NCBI RefSeq assembly: GCF_004010195.1
Contig: NW_025214432.1
Location: 1-33,404 of the forward strand
Origin: Chiloscyllium plagiosum
Lineage: Eukaryota
Length of the DNA stretch: 33,404 nt
Reading direction: 5' to 3'
The notes beneath the pieces are model-generated. The model did no database searches, was not told the DNA's origin, and worked only from the letters and a program-made list of their open reading frames with translations. How positions within the stretch are numbered: the stretch's first letter is position 1; each line of letters starts with the position of its first letter. Below are positions 19,995 through 31,964 of this stretch, one piece after another. The position numbers and the translations under genes are program-made.

Positions 19995-22268
19995 TGGGGG
20001 CAAAGAAAGAAGTGGTGTTGGGTCTCTTGAAGAGCATTAAGGTGGTTAGGTCCCTCGGTCCAAATGTTAACTACCACAGTTTATTGAAAGAGTCAAGAGA
20101 GGAGATTACTGGGGCCTTGACCAATACCTTTGTATACTGACTCACCACTGGAGAGGTCCCAGACGACTGCGAATATAAGGGAAATTGGGAATTTCCAGGA
20201 AATTATAGACCAATGAATCTCACATTGGTGGTTGGGAAGCTATTGGAAAGAATTCATATGGGTATGATTTGTGCCCATTTGGGAAAGCATGGCCTAATTA
20301 GGGACAGTCTGCATGACTTTGTGCAGGGCACGTCATGTCTTACGTACTTAGTTAATTTATTAGAGAATGGACAAGGTGATCGATGAGGGTAGAGCAGTGG
20401 ATGTTGTCGACATGGAAAGGCTTTCAACAAGGTCCCTCATGGTAGGCACATACAGAAAGTTAAGATTCATGGGATTCCTGGTAACTTAGCCACGTGGATT
20501 CAGAATCAGTTTGCTCATTGAAGGCAGAGGGTAGTGGGGGAAAGGTGGTTTTCAGGATGGAGATCCGTGACTAGTGGGGTTCCACAGGATTCCGTACTGG
20601 GACCTCTGCTGTTCCTGATAAATACAGATAACTTGGATGAAAATTGGTTGGGTTGGTTAGAAAATTTACAAACAACAAAGATCAGTGGAGCTGTGGATAG
20701 TGTGGAAGGTTTTCACAGGATACAAGGTGATATAAATCAGTTGCAGATGTGGGTGGAGAAATGGTTGAGAAATGGCACATGGAGTTTAATCCAGGTAAAC
20801 CGGGTAAGTGCGAGGTACTGCACTTTCGGAGATCAAATGGTAAAGTAAAGTTTCCAGTTAATGGCAGGAACCTGAACTCCATTGATGGACAGAGGGATCT
20901 TGGGAGTCATGTCTGAAGTTCCCTCAAAGTGGCCACACACGCAGATAAGATGGTGCAGAAGGTATAAGGTGTGCTTGCCTGTATTGCTCGGAGAATTGAA
21001 TACAAGAGTGAGGATGCCATGTTGCAGCTTTATAACACTTTGATTACACATAAAAGTGGATAAATCCCCAGGATTTGATTAGGCACACCCTCAGACGCTG
21101 TGCAGAGGCAAGGAAGTGATTGCTGGGCCTCTTCCTGAGATATATGTATCATCGATAGTCACAGGTAAGGTGCCGGAAGACTAGAGTTTGGCTAACATGG
21201 TGTCACTATTTAAGAAAGGTGGTAGGGACAAGCCAGGGAACTGCAGACCGGGAGGCTGATGTCAGTGATGGTGGGCATTTTGTTGGAGGGCATCCTGAGG
21301 GACAGGACACACATGTATTTGGAAAGGAAAGGGCTGATTAAGTACAGTCAACATAGCTTTGTGCGTGGGAAATTATGTCTCTGAATTGAGTTTTTTGAAG
21401 AAGTAACAAAGTGAATTGATGAGGGCAGAGCAGTAGACATGATCTATGTGGACTTCAGTAAGGTGTTCGACAAGGCTCCACACAGCATGGTTCAATCTCA
21501 TGGAATACAGGGAGAACTAGCCATTTGGATACAGAACTGGCTCAAAGGTAGAAGACAGAGGGTGGTGGTGGAGGGTTGTTTTTCAGACTGGAGACCTGTT
21601 CCTCGTGGAGTTCCACAAGGATCGGTGCTGGGTCCACTACTTTTCGTCATTTGTATAAGTGATTTGGATGTGAGCATTAGAGGTAGATTTAGTAAGTTTG
21701 CAGATGACACCAAAATTGGAGGTGTAACGGACAGTGAAGNNNNNNNNNNNNNNNNNNNNNNNNNNNNNNNNNNNNNNNNNNNNNNNNNNNNNNNNNNNNN
21801 NNNNNNNNNNNNNNNNNNNNNNNNNNNNNNNNNNNNNNNNNNNNNNNNNNNNNNNNNNNNNNNNNCTCCAGATCTGACTGGGAAGCTATCTGATTCCCAC
21901 AACATGAGATCATGTTGTGGCTGTACAGGACATTGGCCAGGCCACTTTTGGAATGTTGTGTGCAATTCTGGTTTCCTTCCTATTGGAAGGATGTTGTGAA
22001 ACCTGAAAGGGTTCAGAAAAGATTTACAAGGATGTTGCCAGGGTTGGAAGATTTCACCCCTCGGGAGAGGTTGAACAGGCTGTGGCTGTTATCCCTGGAG
22101 TGTCAGAGAAGGAAGCATGACCTTACAGAGGCTTATAAAATCATGGGGAACATGGATCGGGTAAATAGACAAGGTCTTTACCCTGGGGTGGGGGAGCTCA
22201 GAACTCGAGGGCATTGGTTTAGAGTGAGAGGGGAATGATATAAAAGAGACCTGAGGGCAACTTTTTCT
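19995..22268 (+). mobile_element. Two tandem CR1 ORF2 fragments (paralogs of 4280-6672)
   Basis: ORFs 20534, 21439 (GVPQGSVLGPLLF, FADDTK) and 21912. Confidence 0.9.
21740..21865. other. Assembly gap (126 N)
   Basis: N run inside the CR1 RT. Confidence 1.
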
Positions 22269-22949
22269 GCCTTGGAATAGATTATTTACACTTATTAATT
22301 CATCACCACTCGATTTTACTGAAGGGTTCTGGCAAATTTGTAAACAGGTTTCATAGGAGCATGTGAAGCCATTCAGCCCCTCAAGCCTGTTCAGCCTCCT
22401 GATAGGATGGTTGTTGATCTGTGGTCTCTTTCCATTTGCCAAACTTGAATCCCTACCTCTTGATAGCCCTTGGTTTAATTAAATAAAAACCTATCTCAGA
22501 TTTAAATTTGACAACTGAATTGGGAAAGACCGCTGTTTGAGGAAGAGAATCCCAAACCCTATGACTCTTCACCTGTCCAAGTTCCCTTCCTTTGCTCATT
22601 CAACGGCGATCCTCCTGGTCTGGAGCGGCTCCGGCCTGATATAAAACAGTGCCATCCTCATCGTCGCGGCGATCAGCCATACCTCTCCCTTCACCAGCTG
22701 CTCACCATCTCACAGTATCCTCCAGTTTTAAACACACACCCTCTGTTACTCACACAGACAGAGAGTGGGAGGTGATGATGAAATTGTGTGTCCGCACATC
22801 AATTCCAAAGTACACCCTTCCACAGGAATACTCCCCAAACTTGGAATATTGACTCTGCTTTCTCTCCCTCTCTCTCTGGACAGATGCTGCCAGGCCTAAA
22901 ACAAAAGAAAGATCCTCGCGGGGTGAGTCCTAGATGAGGGTTTTTTCAG

Positions 22950-24112
22950 ATTCTGTTGGCAGATGGATGAAACTTTGGGAAAGTGTGTGAGGCGATGCAC
23001 TGTGATTAGAAGAATAAAGGCGTAGACGGGTTTCTCAATGGGAAAGGTTTCGGAAATCTGAAACGCAAGGCATTGGGAGTCTGAGTTCAGGATTCCTTTC
23101 AGGTTCACAGGCAGCTTCAGTTGACAGTTAGGAAGGTAAATGTAATGTTAGCATTCATTTCGGGAGGGTTAGAATACAAGAGCAGAGATCCCCTGCTCAA
23201 GATCGCTGAGGCTCTGGTGAGGCCAGATTTGGAATATTGTCAGCAGTTTGGGTCTCAGTATCTAAGGAAGGGTGTGCTGGACTTGGAGAGTGTACAGAGG
23301 AGGGTTTACAGGAAAGGTTCTGAGGATGAAGCTCTTGGTGTATGAGGAGAGGTTGGGGTTTCTGAGTCTATACTCGATTGAGTTTAGAAGAATGAGGGGC
23401 AATCTGATTGAAACATCCAGAATACTGAGAGGCCTGAACAGAGTGAAGGTGAAGAAGATGTTACTGAGAGACCTGCACAGAGTGAAGGTGAGGAAGATGT
23501 TACTGAGAGACCTGTAGAGAGTGAAGATGGAGAAGATGTAACTGAGAGACCTGTACAGAGTGAAGACAAGGAAGATGTAACTGAGAGACATGTACAGAAT
23601 GAAGATGAGGAAAATGTTACTGAGAGACCTGTACAGAATGAAGATGAGGAAGATGTTACTGAGAGAACTGTACAGAATGAAGATGAGGAAGATGTTACTG
23701 GGAGACCTGTACAGAGTGAAGACGAGGAATATGTAACTGAGAGACCTGTACAGAATGAAGATGAGGAAAATCCTACTGAGAGACCTGTACAGAGTGAAGA
23801 TAAGGAAAATGTTACTGAGAGACCTGTGCAGAGTGAAGATGAGGAAGATGTCATTGAGAGACCTGTACAGAGTGAAGATGGAGAAGATGGTTCCATGAGT
23901 CTCAGAAACAAGGAGCCGTGGGCACAGCCTCAGCGTGAAGGGACAACCCATTGGAACTGAGATGAGGAGGAATTTATTCAGCCAGATGGTGGTGATTCCG
24001 TGGCACACATTGCTGCAAAAGGCTGGAGATCCCAAGGCATTGAATGTATTTAACACCGAGATGGATAGGTGCCGGATTGGTAAGGGAATCAAGGTTCACA
24101 GGGTGAAGGCAG
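22950..24112 (+). mobile_element. CR1 3' fragment with 39-bp array (paralog of 7370-8607)
   Basis: ORFs 23121, 23272 and 23935 match copy 1. Confidence 0.9.
23425..23892 (+). repeat. 39-bp minisatellite, 12 units
   Basis: Units every 39 bp from 23425 to 23854. Confidence 0.95.
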
Positions 24113-24345
24113 GATTTGATTTGATTCACTATTATCACATACATTTAAGTCCAGACAGAAACTACAGAGGTCCATTCAGCAATGTAATACCAGCTGGGAA
24201 GAAGCTGTTCTTGAACCTGTTGGTTATGTGTGTTTTAGCTTTTGTATCTACTACCTGATGGAAGAGATTGGAAGATTGTATACTCGGAGGGGGGAGGAGG
24301 GGTGTTTGATGATGTTGGCTGCCTTTCCACAGCAACGAGAAATGC
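24113..24345 (-). mobile_element. Rex1/Babar-like LINE 3' fragment (paralog of 8608-8846)
   Basis: Matches copy 1. Confidence 0.6.
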
Positions 24346-25114
24346 CGGGGTTGAACAATCCCATGCTGCCCCCACAGGATCTGCTAAACTTGGGGCCGAT
24401 GGTGGTCATTGGAGCACTTTGCACACTCTTGGTCTTTATATCCCTTTTTCAGACTGCAATTGTTTCACTAAGCACATTTCTGACCTCCATAAAAATTGTT
24501 AGTTTACACTTGAAGCTCTGCATCAATGCTCATCTCCATTTATCATGGATAGACAAAATTTGGATCACTGTGCACATTTCTGATATTTATATATAGGCAA
24601 AAACATAGTTGAGGCATTGTGCACTCAGTTGTAAAAAGGATGTAGAGGTACCGGAGATGGTGAAATAGACATTTACTAGATTATCATCAAAGGTTAATGG
24701 TTAGATCCATAGTATTTTGGGGCTTCTTTCAATCGAAGGGAGCAGGCTGTGTGGGATATATTTCCTCACAAATAAAATAGTTGCCAACTTAATAAATGTG
24801 GATATACCAAACCGAAGGGTTTACAATATCAGAGAGTCACTTCCCCAGAGCGTAAGGAGAAAGTGGAGCTCATCAACATGAGAAGTGGTCTAGATGAATC
24901 ATGTTGCTATAAGCAGGGAGCTAGATAAATCTATGAAGCAGAAAGGAATTGAAGTCTCTCGAGATGGAGTGAGATGAAGAGAGGCTGGAGGAGGCAGAGA
25001 AACACCAGCATGGAGCAGGTGGGTAGAATACTCTCCATTTTTGCTGTAGATCCTTTCGTAGATTTTGACATGAACATAAAGTTGCAGCTTTGAGTGTGTA
25101 TGTTGGTGACCTCC

Positions 25115-25378
25115 CTGAAATTACGGTGCTGTTGCAGAGCTCCGACTGGCTGCAGGCATCGGATGTTTCCATTAAGAATGTTCCAACATTGAAGGACAGA
25201 TTGCCAACCCAACTCCCACACCCGCAAACACCAAACTGTGTACTCGACAGATGAATGAAAACAGAGCGAGACATTTATCTGAGCAAAACCTGGAGAAAGA
25301 AGGAAGGACCATTCAGGCAGGTTTATTTTGTTCTGGCTGCAGTTCGTTCATGGAGGATTGTGCTTCCAATGTTAAAGC
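25115..25378 (-). pseudogene. Decayed LU-domain exon (paralog of 9616-9879)
   Basis: ...GVCGCGSWVGNLSFNVGTFLMETSDACSQSELCNSTVISG with the same frameshifts and stop as copy 1. Confidence 0.55.
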
Positions 25379-25384
25379 CTTTTC

Positions 25385-25658
25385 TCCTTCAGCCCCGACA
25401 TCCCTCCCTGTCTCTGTCACCTCATCCAGCCCCTATACCCATTCCTAACTCTGCACCCTCCTCCAGCCCCTACACCCATTCCTATCACTGCAACCTCATC
25501 CAGGCCCTACACCTTTCCCTATTTCTATCAGCTCCTCCAGCCCCTCCACCCCTCCCTGTCTCTGTGACCGCCTTCAGCCCCTACATCCTTCCTTATCTCT
25601 GTAACCTCCTCCAGCCCCTAAAGTCTTCCCTATCGCTGTAACCTCCTTCAACCACTAC
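25385..25658 (+). repeat. ~38-bp C-rich L2-derived minisatellite, about 7 units
   Basis: Repeats of CCTCCAGCCCCTACAC.CCTCCCTATCTCTGTAA. Confidence 0.85.
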
Positions 25659-26122
25659 ATTATCCAAATCTGATTTTACTGATCTTACATTTCCCACTGA
25701 GCTACAAAAGGAAGGTAACTCTCACTAATTGCTGTAAGATTTCTAATGTTAGTTCTGAGATGGAGTTAGTTATCTGGAAAGTTTGATGTTAATGCCTCCT
25801 GTGAGCATTCTTAAGTTAATTAACTGTGAGCAGTTTTGGTCCCACCTGACCTTGGAGGATCAGTTGCACACTGCCCCTCTGTCTTGCAACTCCATTATAA
25901 CTCATTCTAGTCACATAATATCGACTGAGGTGAAATTTACTGCTCCTCCTCTGACTAACTCTTTTTACCCATTTGGGCAACACCTTTTTTCATTAAAAAT
26001 CAATCACTCTCAAAGCTTAATGAACTTGTCTGATCGCTTAGATTTTTTTCAAGACATAATCCCACTTTTAATATTTGTCTTTGTTATTGTGGAATCGTCC
26101 TTCACTTTTTAATGCTTGGTAC

Positions 26123-26889
26123 TGTTATGAAGTTGAAAGCGTGTGCTGTACCTTTAAGCGAGAGTGAATGCTGTTCTGTACTGAGTGCTGACAAGCATCT
26201 GTGTATATGACCAGATAGCAGTCTCAGAGTGTTCTAAAAATTGAAAATATGCAACTTTTATCTGTGAAACGGATACCTGAGTTGGTTGCTGTTTTAACAA
26301 CATTTCGAATTTCACCGATCAGTTTAAATGATACCCGGGGTATCAAAGCCTAATCAAGTCTGAATTTAATGTTTTGCCAAAATTGAACCAATGAGATGAT
26401 TCCAATGTTGGAGAGGAAAGAAGGCAGGGATTTTGAAAATCAGACAGAGCGCCTGTCATCAACACACATCCAAGAAATTAGGAAAACACTGTAAATTAGG
26501 TAACTTTTCATCTGAAACATATTCACAGAAAAAAGAACAAAACGACTCAGGGAGATATTCAGCTGGAAGAAGAAAAACATGGAAGATGACAGTGGCTGTT
26601 TGGTTTTGAAAGTAAATTGATGTAATTTTCAAAAGTGTTTTATTGGAACAGTATAATGTTATAGAGTTGGAGGCAGGTCATACGCAGTGAAGAGAAAGGG
26701 GGTATTCGAGTTGTAAATAGTCTTTGTTTAATGTTTACTATTAGAGTTAAAGAATAAACTGATATTTTTTCTTTTCAATAACGGAATGTTGTGTTCTCAT
26801 TCACTCATTCTTTAACAGGCTACGAGGTGAGGTGAGCTTTTCTGGGAGTTTGGTTTAATTAACAGAGGGTTCATCATCGTGTCATAACA
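26123..26889 (+). repeat. 5' LTR (767 bp)
   Basis: TGTTATGAAGTTGAA ... GTGTCATAACA (terminal inverted repeat TGTTATGA/TCATAACA); AATAAA at ~26753; aligns with 30757-31493. Confidence 0.9.
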
Positions 26890-26892
26890 GTT

Positions 26893-26913
26893 TGGAGGGC
26901 ACAGGTCCAGAAT
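26893..26913 (+). promoter_or_regulatory. Degenerate primer-binding site, tRNA-Pro-like
   Basis: TGGAGGGCACAGGTCCAGAAT 3 nt after the LTR; compare tRNA-Pro PBS TGGGGGCTCGTCCGGGAT. Confidence 0.5.
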
Positions 26914-27071
26914 TGGAAAGGTTCAGACAGATCTAGTCTGAGATTTGGACAGATTTGTGGTACAAAAGGTCCCAGCAGATTTAAACACTTGCCAATGAGT
27001 CTCCCACATCTTCAAGGGCCCATTTTTAAAATTTCCATTAGTTGTGGTTGGTTAAATTAGAAGTGAGGGGC

Positions 27072-27254
27072 ATGGCCCTTAACATTGCTAAAGAGGTTGT
27101 GGGGTTTGAAGATGCTTTACAAATGTGCCAAGAACATTTAGAAAGACAGAGGAATGACATACTTTTAGAGTAAGCAAATAGGTTAGAATTGGGTTTAATC
27201 AGAGACAAAAGGAAAGCTGAAATTGTCAAGGAGTTGGTCAAGCACTTAGGATTG
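27072..27254 (+). pseudogene. Gag N-terminal remnant
   Basis: MALNIAKEVVGFEDALQMCQEHLERQRNDILLE*ANRLELGLIRDKRKAEIVKELVKHLGL shortly after the PBS; cut by the LINE. Confidence 0.65.
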
Positions 27255-27255
27255 A

Positions 27256-28857
27256 ATTATTATTCATGTGTGGGACTTGTGGGACGCTGGCTGGCCAGCA
27301 TTGATAGCCCATTCCTATTTGCCCTTGAGAAGGTGGTGGTGAGCAGCCTTGAATCGCTGCAGTCCACTTGCTGTGGGACGACCCACAATGCGGTAAGGAG
27401 TGAATTCCAGGATTTTGACACAACGACGGTGAAGGAACGATGGTATACTTCCAAGGGTGGATGGTGAGTGGCTTGGAGTGGAACTTGCGGCTGGTGATGT
27501 TCCCAAGTACCTCTGCCCTTGTCCTTTTCGGTGAAAGTGGTTGTGGATTTGGAAGGTGCTGTTCAAGGATCTTTGGTGAATTTCTGCACTGCATCTTGTG
27601 GATAGTACATACTGCTGCTACTGAGCACCAGTGGTGGAGGGATCGAAGGTTTGTGGATGTGGTGCCAATCAAGCAGGTTGCTTTGTCCTGGATGGTGTCA
27701 AGCTTCTTGAGTGTTGTTGGAGCTGCAACCATCCCGCCAAGTGGGGAGTATTCTGACCTTCTGACAGATGGAAGGTAATCGTTGAAGCAGTTGAAGATTG
27801 ATGGGCCGAGGACACTATCGTGAAGGACTCCTGCAGAGATGTCCTGGAGCTGAGATGACTGATCCTCCACAACCATGATCATTTTCCTTTGTGCCAGGTA
27901 TGACTCAAACCAGCGGAGTGTTACACCCCGATACCCATTGATTCCAGTTTTGCCAGGGTTTCTTGATGCCATATTTGGTCAAATGCGGCCTTGATGTCAA
28001 GGGCTATCACTCTGACCTCCCCTCTGGAATTCAGCTCTTTTGCCCATGTTTGAACCAAGGCTGTGATGAGATCAGGAGATGAGTGACCCTGGTGAAACCC
28101 AAACTGGGTGTCACTGAGCAGGTGCTGCTGTAGCCCTGTTGGTGACCCCTTCCATCACTTTACTGATAATGGAGAATAGACTGATTGGATGGTAATTGGA
28201 CGGGTGGGATTTGTCCTGCTTTTTGTTTACAGGACATGCCTGGGCCATTTTCCACATTGTCGGGTAGATGACAGTGTTGGAACTGCACTAGAAGAGCTTG
28301 ACCAAGGGAGCAGCAACTTCTGGAGCACACGTCTTCAATACTATCACTGGAATTTGATCAAGGCCCATTGCCTTTGCAGTATCCAGTGCCTCCAGCCTTT
28401 TCTTGATATCATGTGGAGGGAATCGAATTGGCTGGAGACTGGTATCAGTGATGCTGAGGAACACTGGAGGAGCCCGAAATGGACCATCCACTCGGCGTGT
28501 CCAACTGAAGATTGCTGCGAATGTATCAGCCTTATCTTTTGCGCTGATGTGCTGGGCTCCTCCATCATTGAGGATGGGGGTATTTGTGGAGCCTCCTCCT
28601 CCTCCAGTGAGTTGTTTAATTGTCCACCACCATTGCGTGCGCAACAATGCAGAGCTTAGATCTGATCATTTGGTTATGAGATCGCTTAGTTCTGTCTGTG
28701 TCATTTGGCACACAAGTAGACCTGTTTGGTAGCTTCCCAAGTTTGACACCTCATTTTTAGGAATGCCAGATGCTGCTCCTGGTATTCCCTCCTGCACTCT
28801 CCATTGAACCAAGGTTGATCCCCTGGCTTGATGGTAATGGTTGAGTGGGAGATATGC
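27256..28857 (-). mobile_element. CR1/L2-group LINE fragment nested in the LTR element
   Basis: IKPGDQPWFNGEC, WWWTIKQLTGGGG, LDTAKAMGLDQIPVIVLKTCAPEVAAPL, ISAGVLHDSVLGPSIF, LKKLDTIQDKATCLI; 3' tail AAGGGCAAATAGGAATGGGCTATCAATGCTGGCCAGCCAGCG. Confidence 0.85.
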
Positions 28858-29660
28858 CCCTCCCTAAAACTAAAAGTGGTAACCAATACATGCTAACGGT
28901 AAAGAATGTGTCCACCAGAGTTCCAGAGGCAATTCCATTACAGAGTATGAAGGTAAAAAGGGTGCTGGAGGAGTTAGTAGCTTTCTTCACGCAGTATGGG
29001 CTACCCTGAGAGATTCAGTCAGACCAAGGGTCTAACTTTACTGCTCCGCTGTTTAATAAAGTCATGGATAGCTCAGGCCTCCAGCCATGTAAATCAACTG
29101 CGTGCCATCCTGAATCCCAGGGAGCTTTGGAAAGGTGGTATCAGACCCTGGAGACCATATTCAGAGTGTACTGTCAGGATTACCCGAATGATTGGGATAA
29201 ACGTATCCCATTTGTATTGTTTGCCATGAGAGATGCCCCAAACAAATCGACTCAGTTTATTCCCTTTGAGTTAATGTCCGGACATGAAGTGAGAGGGCCT
29301 TTGAAATTAATTAAAAAGAAATTGACAGGACTGAGATCAGAGATCTCTTTTTATTATTTATTTGGGATGAGGGAGAGATTTAATCATGTGGGTGAGTTTG
29401 CTAAACAGTGCCTGAAGAGGGAACAACACAGAAGGAAGCAGGTGGCAGATAAATACTCTAAAATTCGGATGTTTTTCCATGTGGGTAACGTAGCAGTATT
29501 GTTACCAGTCGTAGGAGATCCCTTCAAAGCTCGGTTTAGTGGTCCCTTTCAAATTGAGAAAAACTTTATTCATGGACACTATCTGGGAAAGCTGCCAGCT
29601 AGGAAAAACTCTGTCGTGTATGTCCTGTGAATATGTTGAAACCTTATTATAATAGACACA
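28858..29660 (+). pseudogene. Integrase core and C-terminal remnant
   Basis: PLPKTKSGNQYMLTV..STRVPEAIPL, QSDQGSNFT, HPESQGALERWYQTL, DWDKRIPFVLFAMRD, ARFSGPFQI (GPY/F motif). Confidence 0.9.
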
Positions 29661-29799
29661 GGGAAATGGAAAAACAGGTATTAGTTACTGCCCTGGCAGA
29701 GAGGAATCAAATCCATATGTCGTGGAGTATGATGTGCCTCAAAATATGTTAAATAAGGAGGAAGTCCTTAAGGACTGGGATAGGTTAGTGAAGTACCTG

Positions 29800-30569
29800 T
29801 TTCAGGAACAAAGAACCCAGTTGAAAGATCTGTTGCAGCAATATGAGGACATATGTCGGGATAAGATGGGGAGGACTAATGCTATTGTGCATGAGGTAGA
29901 CATAGGGAATGCTGTTACGATAAAACAACACCCCTACAGGCAGCAGTGTTAACCACTGTGCCACCGTGCCGCCCGAGAAGATGAAGGTCAACGAAGAATT
30001 TCCACGACCATTCTCCAAGAAAGAGGTGCTTCAGTTTTTGGGATGAAGCAGATTCTACTGGAAGTTTGTTCCAACCTTCAGTAGCTGGGTGACACTGCGA
30101 ACAGATTTACTGAAAATGGACACAAAATATTGGTGGGAAGAACAATGTCAGGAATCATTTGACAATTTAGCTCAGTATTAACCCCCGCATCAATTTTAGC
30201 TGCATCAAACTTTTTGAAAACCTGCAAAAGAGTTGGAGCCACACTGCTACAAGAAGATAACGATGGAATTGAACAGTGAATTGGCTACTTTTCAAAGACC
30301 TCAGCACTCACCAGAGAAAATACTCTACCATTGAAAAAGAACTATTTAGTTTGGTACTGGCTTTACAACACGTTAATGTTTATGTGACGAACAATGTGGC
30401 AGAGCGCGTTGTGTGCACAGACCACAATCCTCGTCCATTCTTGGAAATATTTAAATACAAAAATATGAGACTATTTCATTGGAGTCTTGTGTTCCAGACT
30501 TTTAATGGACAAATTGTACATGTTGCGATTCGTAAAAATGTGTCAGCAGATGCGTTATCGTGGATTTGA
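29800..30569 (+). pseudogene. RT N-terminus, RT thumb and RNase H remnant (RT core deleted)
   Basis: GRTNAIVHEVDIGNAVTIKQHPYR; EFPRPFSKKEVLQFLG; KYSTIEKELFSLVLALQH..CTDHNP..WSLVFQTF..NVSADALS. Confidence 0.88.
29938..29974 (-). mobile_element. HE1 SINE 5' head remnant (37 bp)
   Basis: Reverse complement GGGCGGCACGGTGGCACAGTGGTTAACACTGCTGCCT matches the head at 619-655. Confidence 0.8.
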
Positions 30570-30747
30570 AATGAAAATGTACAGATAAGATTGAACTGAT
30601 TGCAACATTATATATACATATGTGTGCAGAAACTAACATGAAAGTATAACTTGGATTAATGTCCTATGTATTTCATTGTAATGAGATTAAGAATTAGAAA
30701 AAAGTAATGAAGACATCTTTTCATTGTGATGATTTATTTTTTCTTTT

Positions 30748-30756
30748 GGGGGAGAG
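30748..30756 (+). promoter_or_regulatory. Polypurine tract
   Basis: GGGGGAGAG preceded by a T-run, directly before the 3' LTR. Confidence 0.8.
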
Positions 30757-31493
30757 TGTTATGAAGTTGAAGACATGTACTGTACCTTTAAGAGATAGTG
30801 AATGCTGTTCTACACTGAGAGCTTCCAAGCACCTGTGTATATGATCAGATGGCAGTGTCACAGTATACTGGGAAGTTGAAAATATGGGACATTTGGCTAT
30901 GAAATGGATACCTGAGTTGGTTGCTGTTTGGCAACAATTCAAATTTAACCAATCAGTTTAAATTATGCTGCAGGATGCTGACACTCAATCGAGTTTGAAT
31001 TTATTGTTTTGCCAACCGATGTGGGGATATTAAAAAGGCAGGCATTTTGAACATTGGACAGACCAACTGCCATCAACACAGATCCAAGGAATAAGGAAAC
31101 ACTCTTGATTAAAAGTACCTTTTCGTATTAAACATATGAGTAATGAAAAGAAAGAAGATGAACCAGGGAGATCATCACCCGGGAGACGGAAGACACTGAA
31201 GATGGCAGCTGCTGTATGGGTTTGAAATTAAGTTGATATCATTTTAGTATGGGCATTATTGGAACAGAGTTGGAGGCAGGGAGTAAGCAGTTCAGAGGAA
31301 GGAGGTATAGAGTTCTGAACAGTTATTGTTTAATATTCACTCTTAGAGGGAAGGAATAAGTTGATATTATTTTCTTCAATGAGTGGACTTTGGGAGTTCT
31401 CTGTCACTCATATTTTAACAGATAATGATGTGAAGTGATCTTTTCTGGGTGTTTGGTTTAATTAACAGAGGGGTTCACTATCGCGTCGTTACA
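30757..31493 (+). repeat. 3' LTR (737 bp)
   Basis: TGTTATGAAGTTGAA ... GCGTCGTTACA followed by GTAC. Confidence 0.9.
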
Positions 31494-31964
31494 GTACAAA
31501 CTGCAGGCTGTCTGTTGTGATACATTTCTTCTACAACTGTCTCCTATTGATTTTACAGAACTCCCTGTTTATTAAGTTGTAAGATTCTTTGTTCAAAGTA
31601 GACCCTGTTACCTTGGGATAACTCCTTATCAAAGCTACCATTGTGCTTATCAACTCACTTAAATGCTGAATCGGTCAAGCTAATTCTGTGGTGCAGCCAT
31701 ATTTATGCCAACGGGTGACAATGTTGTGACACCTCTCACCAGGTGCTGCCCCAACAGGTGCAAATGACAATGGACAGGCAACTATTTAATGTAGATCAGT
31801 GATGCTTTCATTATGTACTGTAGCTAACAGGTACACGACCCCCTAGGTTTACCACCATTTTGAAACTCAATTGTCCCCCGAAACTGGAAGTGGGATGAGA
31901 AACAGTTTGTGATTTATCCATTGATAAAGCAGTGTTTGTTAACTTCCACTGGGTTTAAAGGCAG

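Larger units (their letters stand above)
15626..25503 (+). repeat. Segmental duplication, copy 2
   Basis: Colinear with 17-10114 with the same order of repeats; has copy-specific insertions and two N-gaps. Confidence 0.95.
26123..31493 (+). mobile_element. Gmr1-like Gypsy LTR retrotransposon with both LTRs, internally deleted
   Basis: Two TG...CA LTRs, GTAC at 26119-26122 and 31494-31497, PBS, PPT, gag start, integrase, then RT ends and RNase H. Confidence 0.9.
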
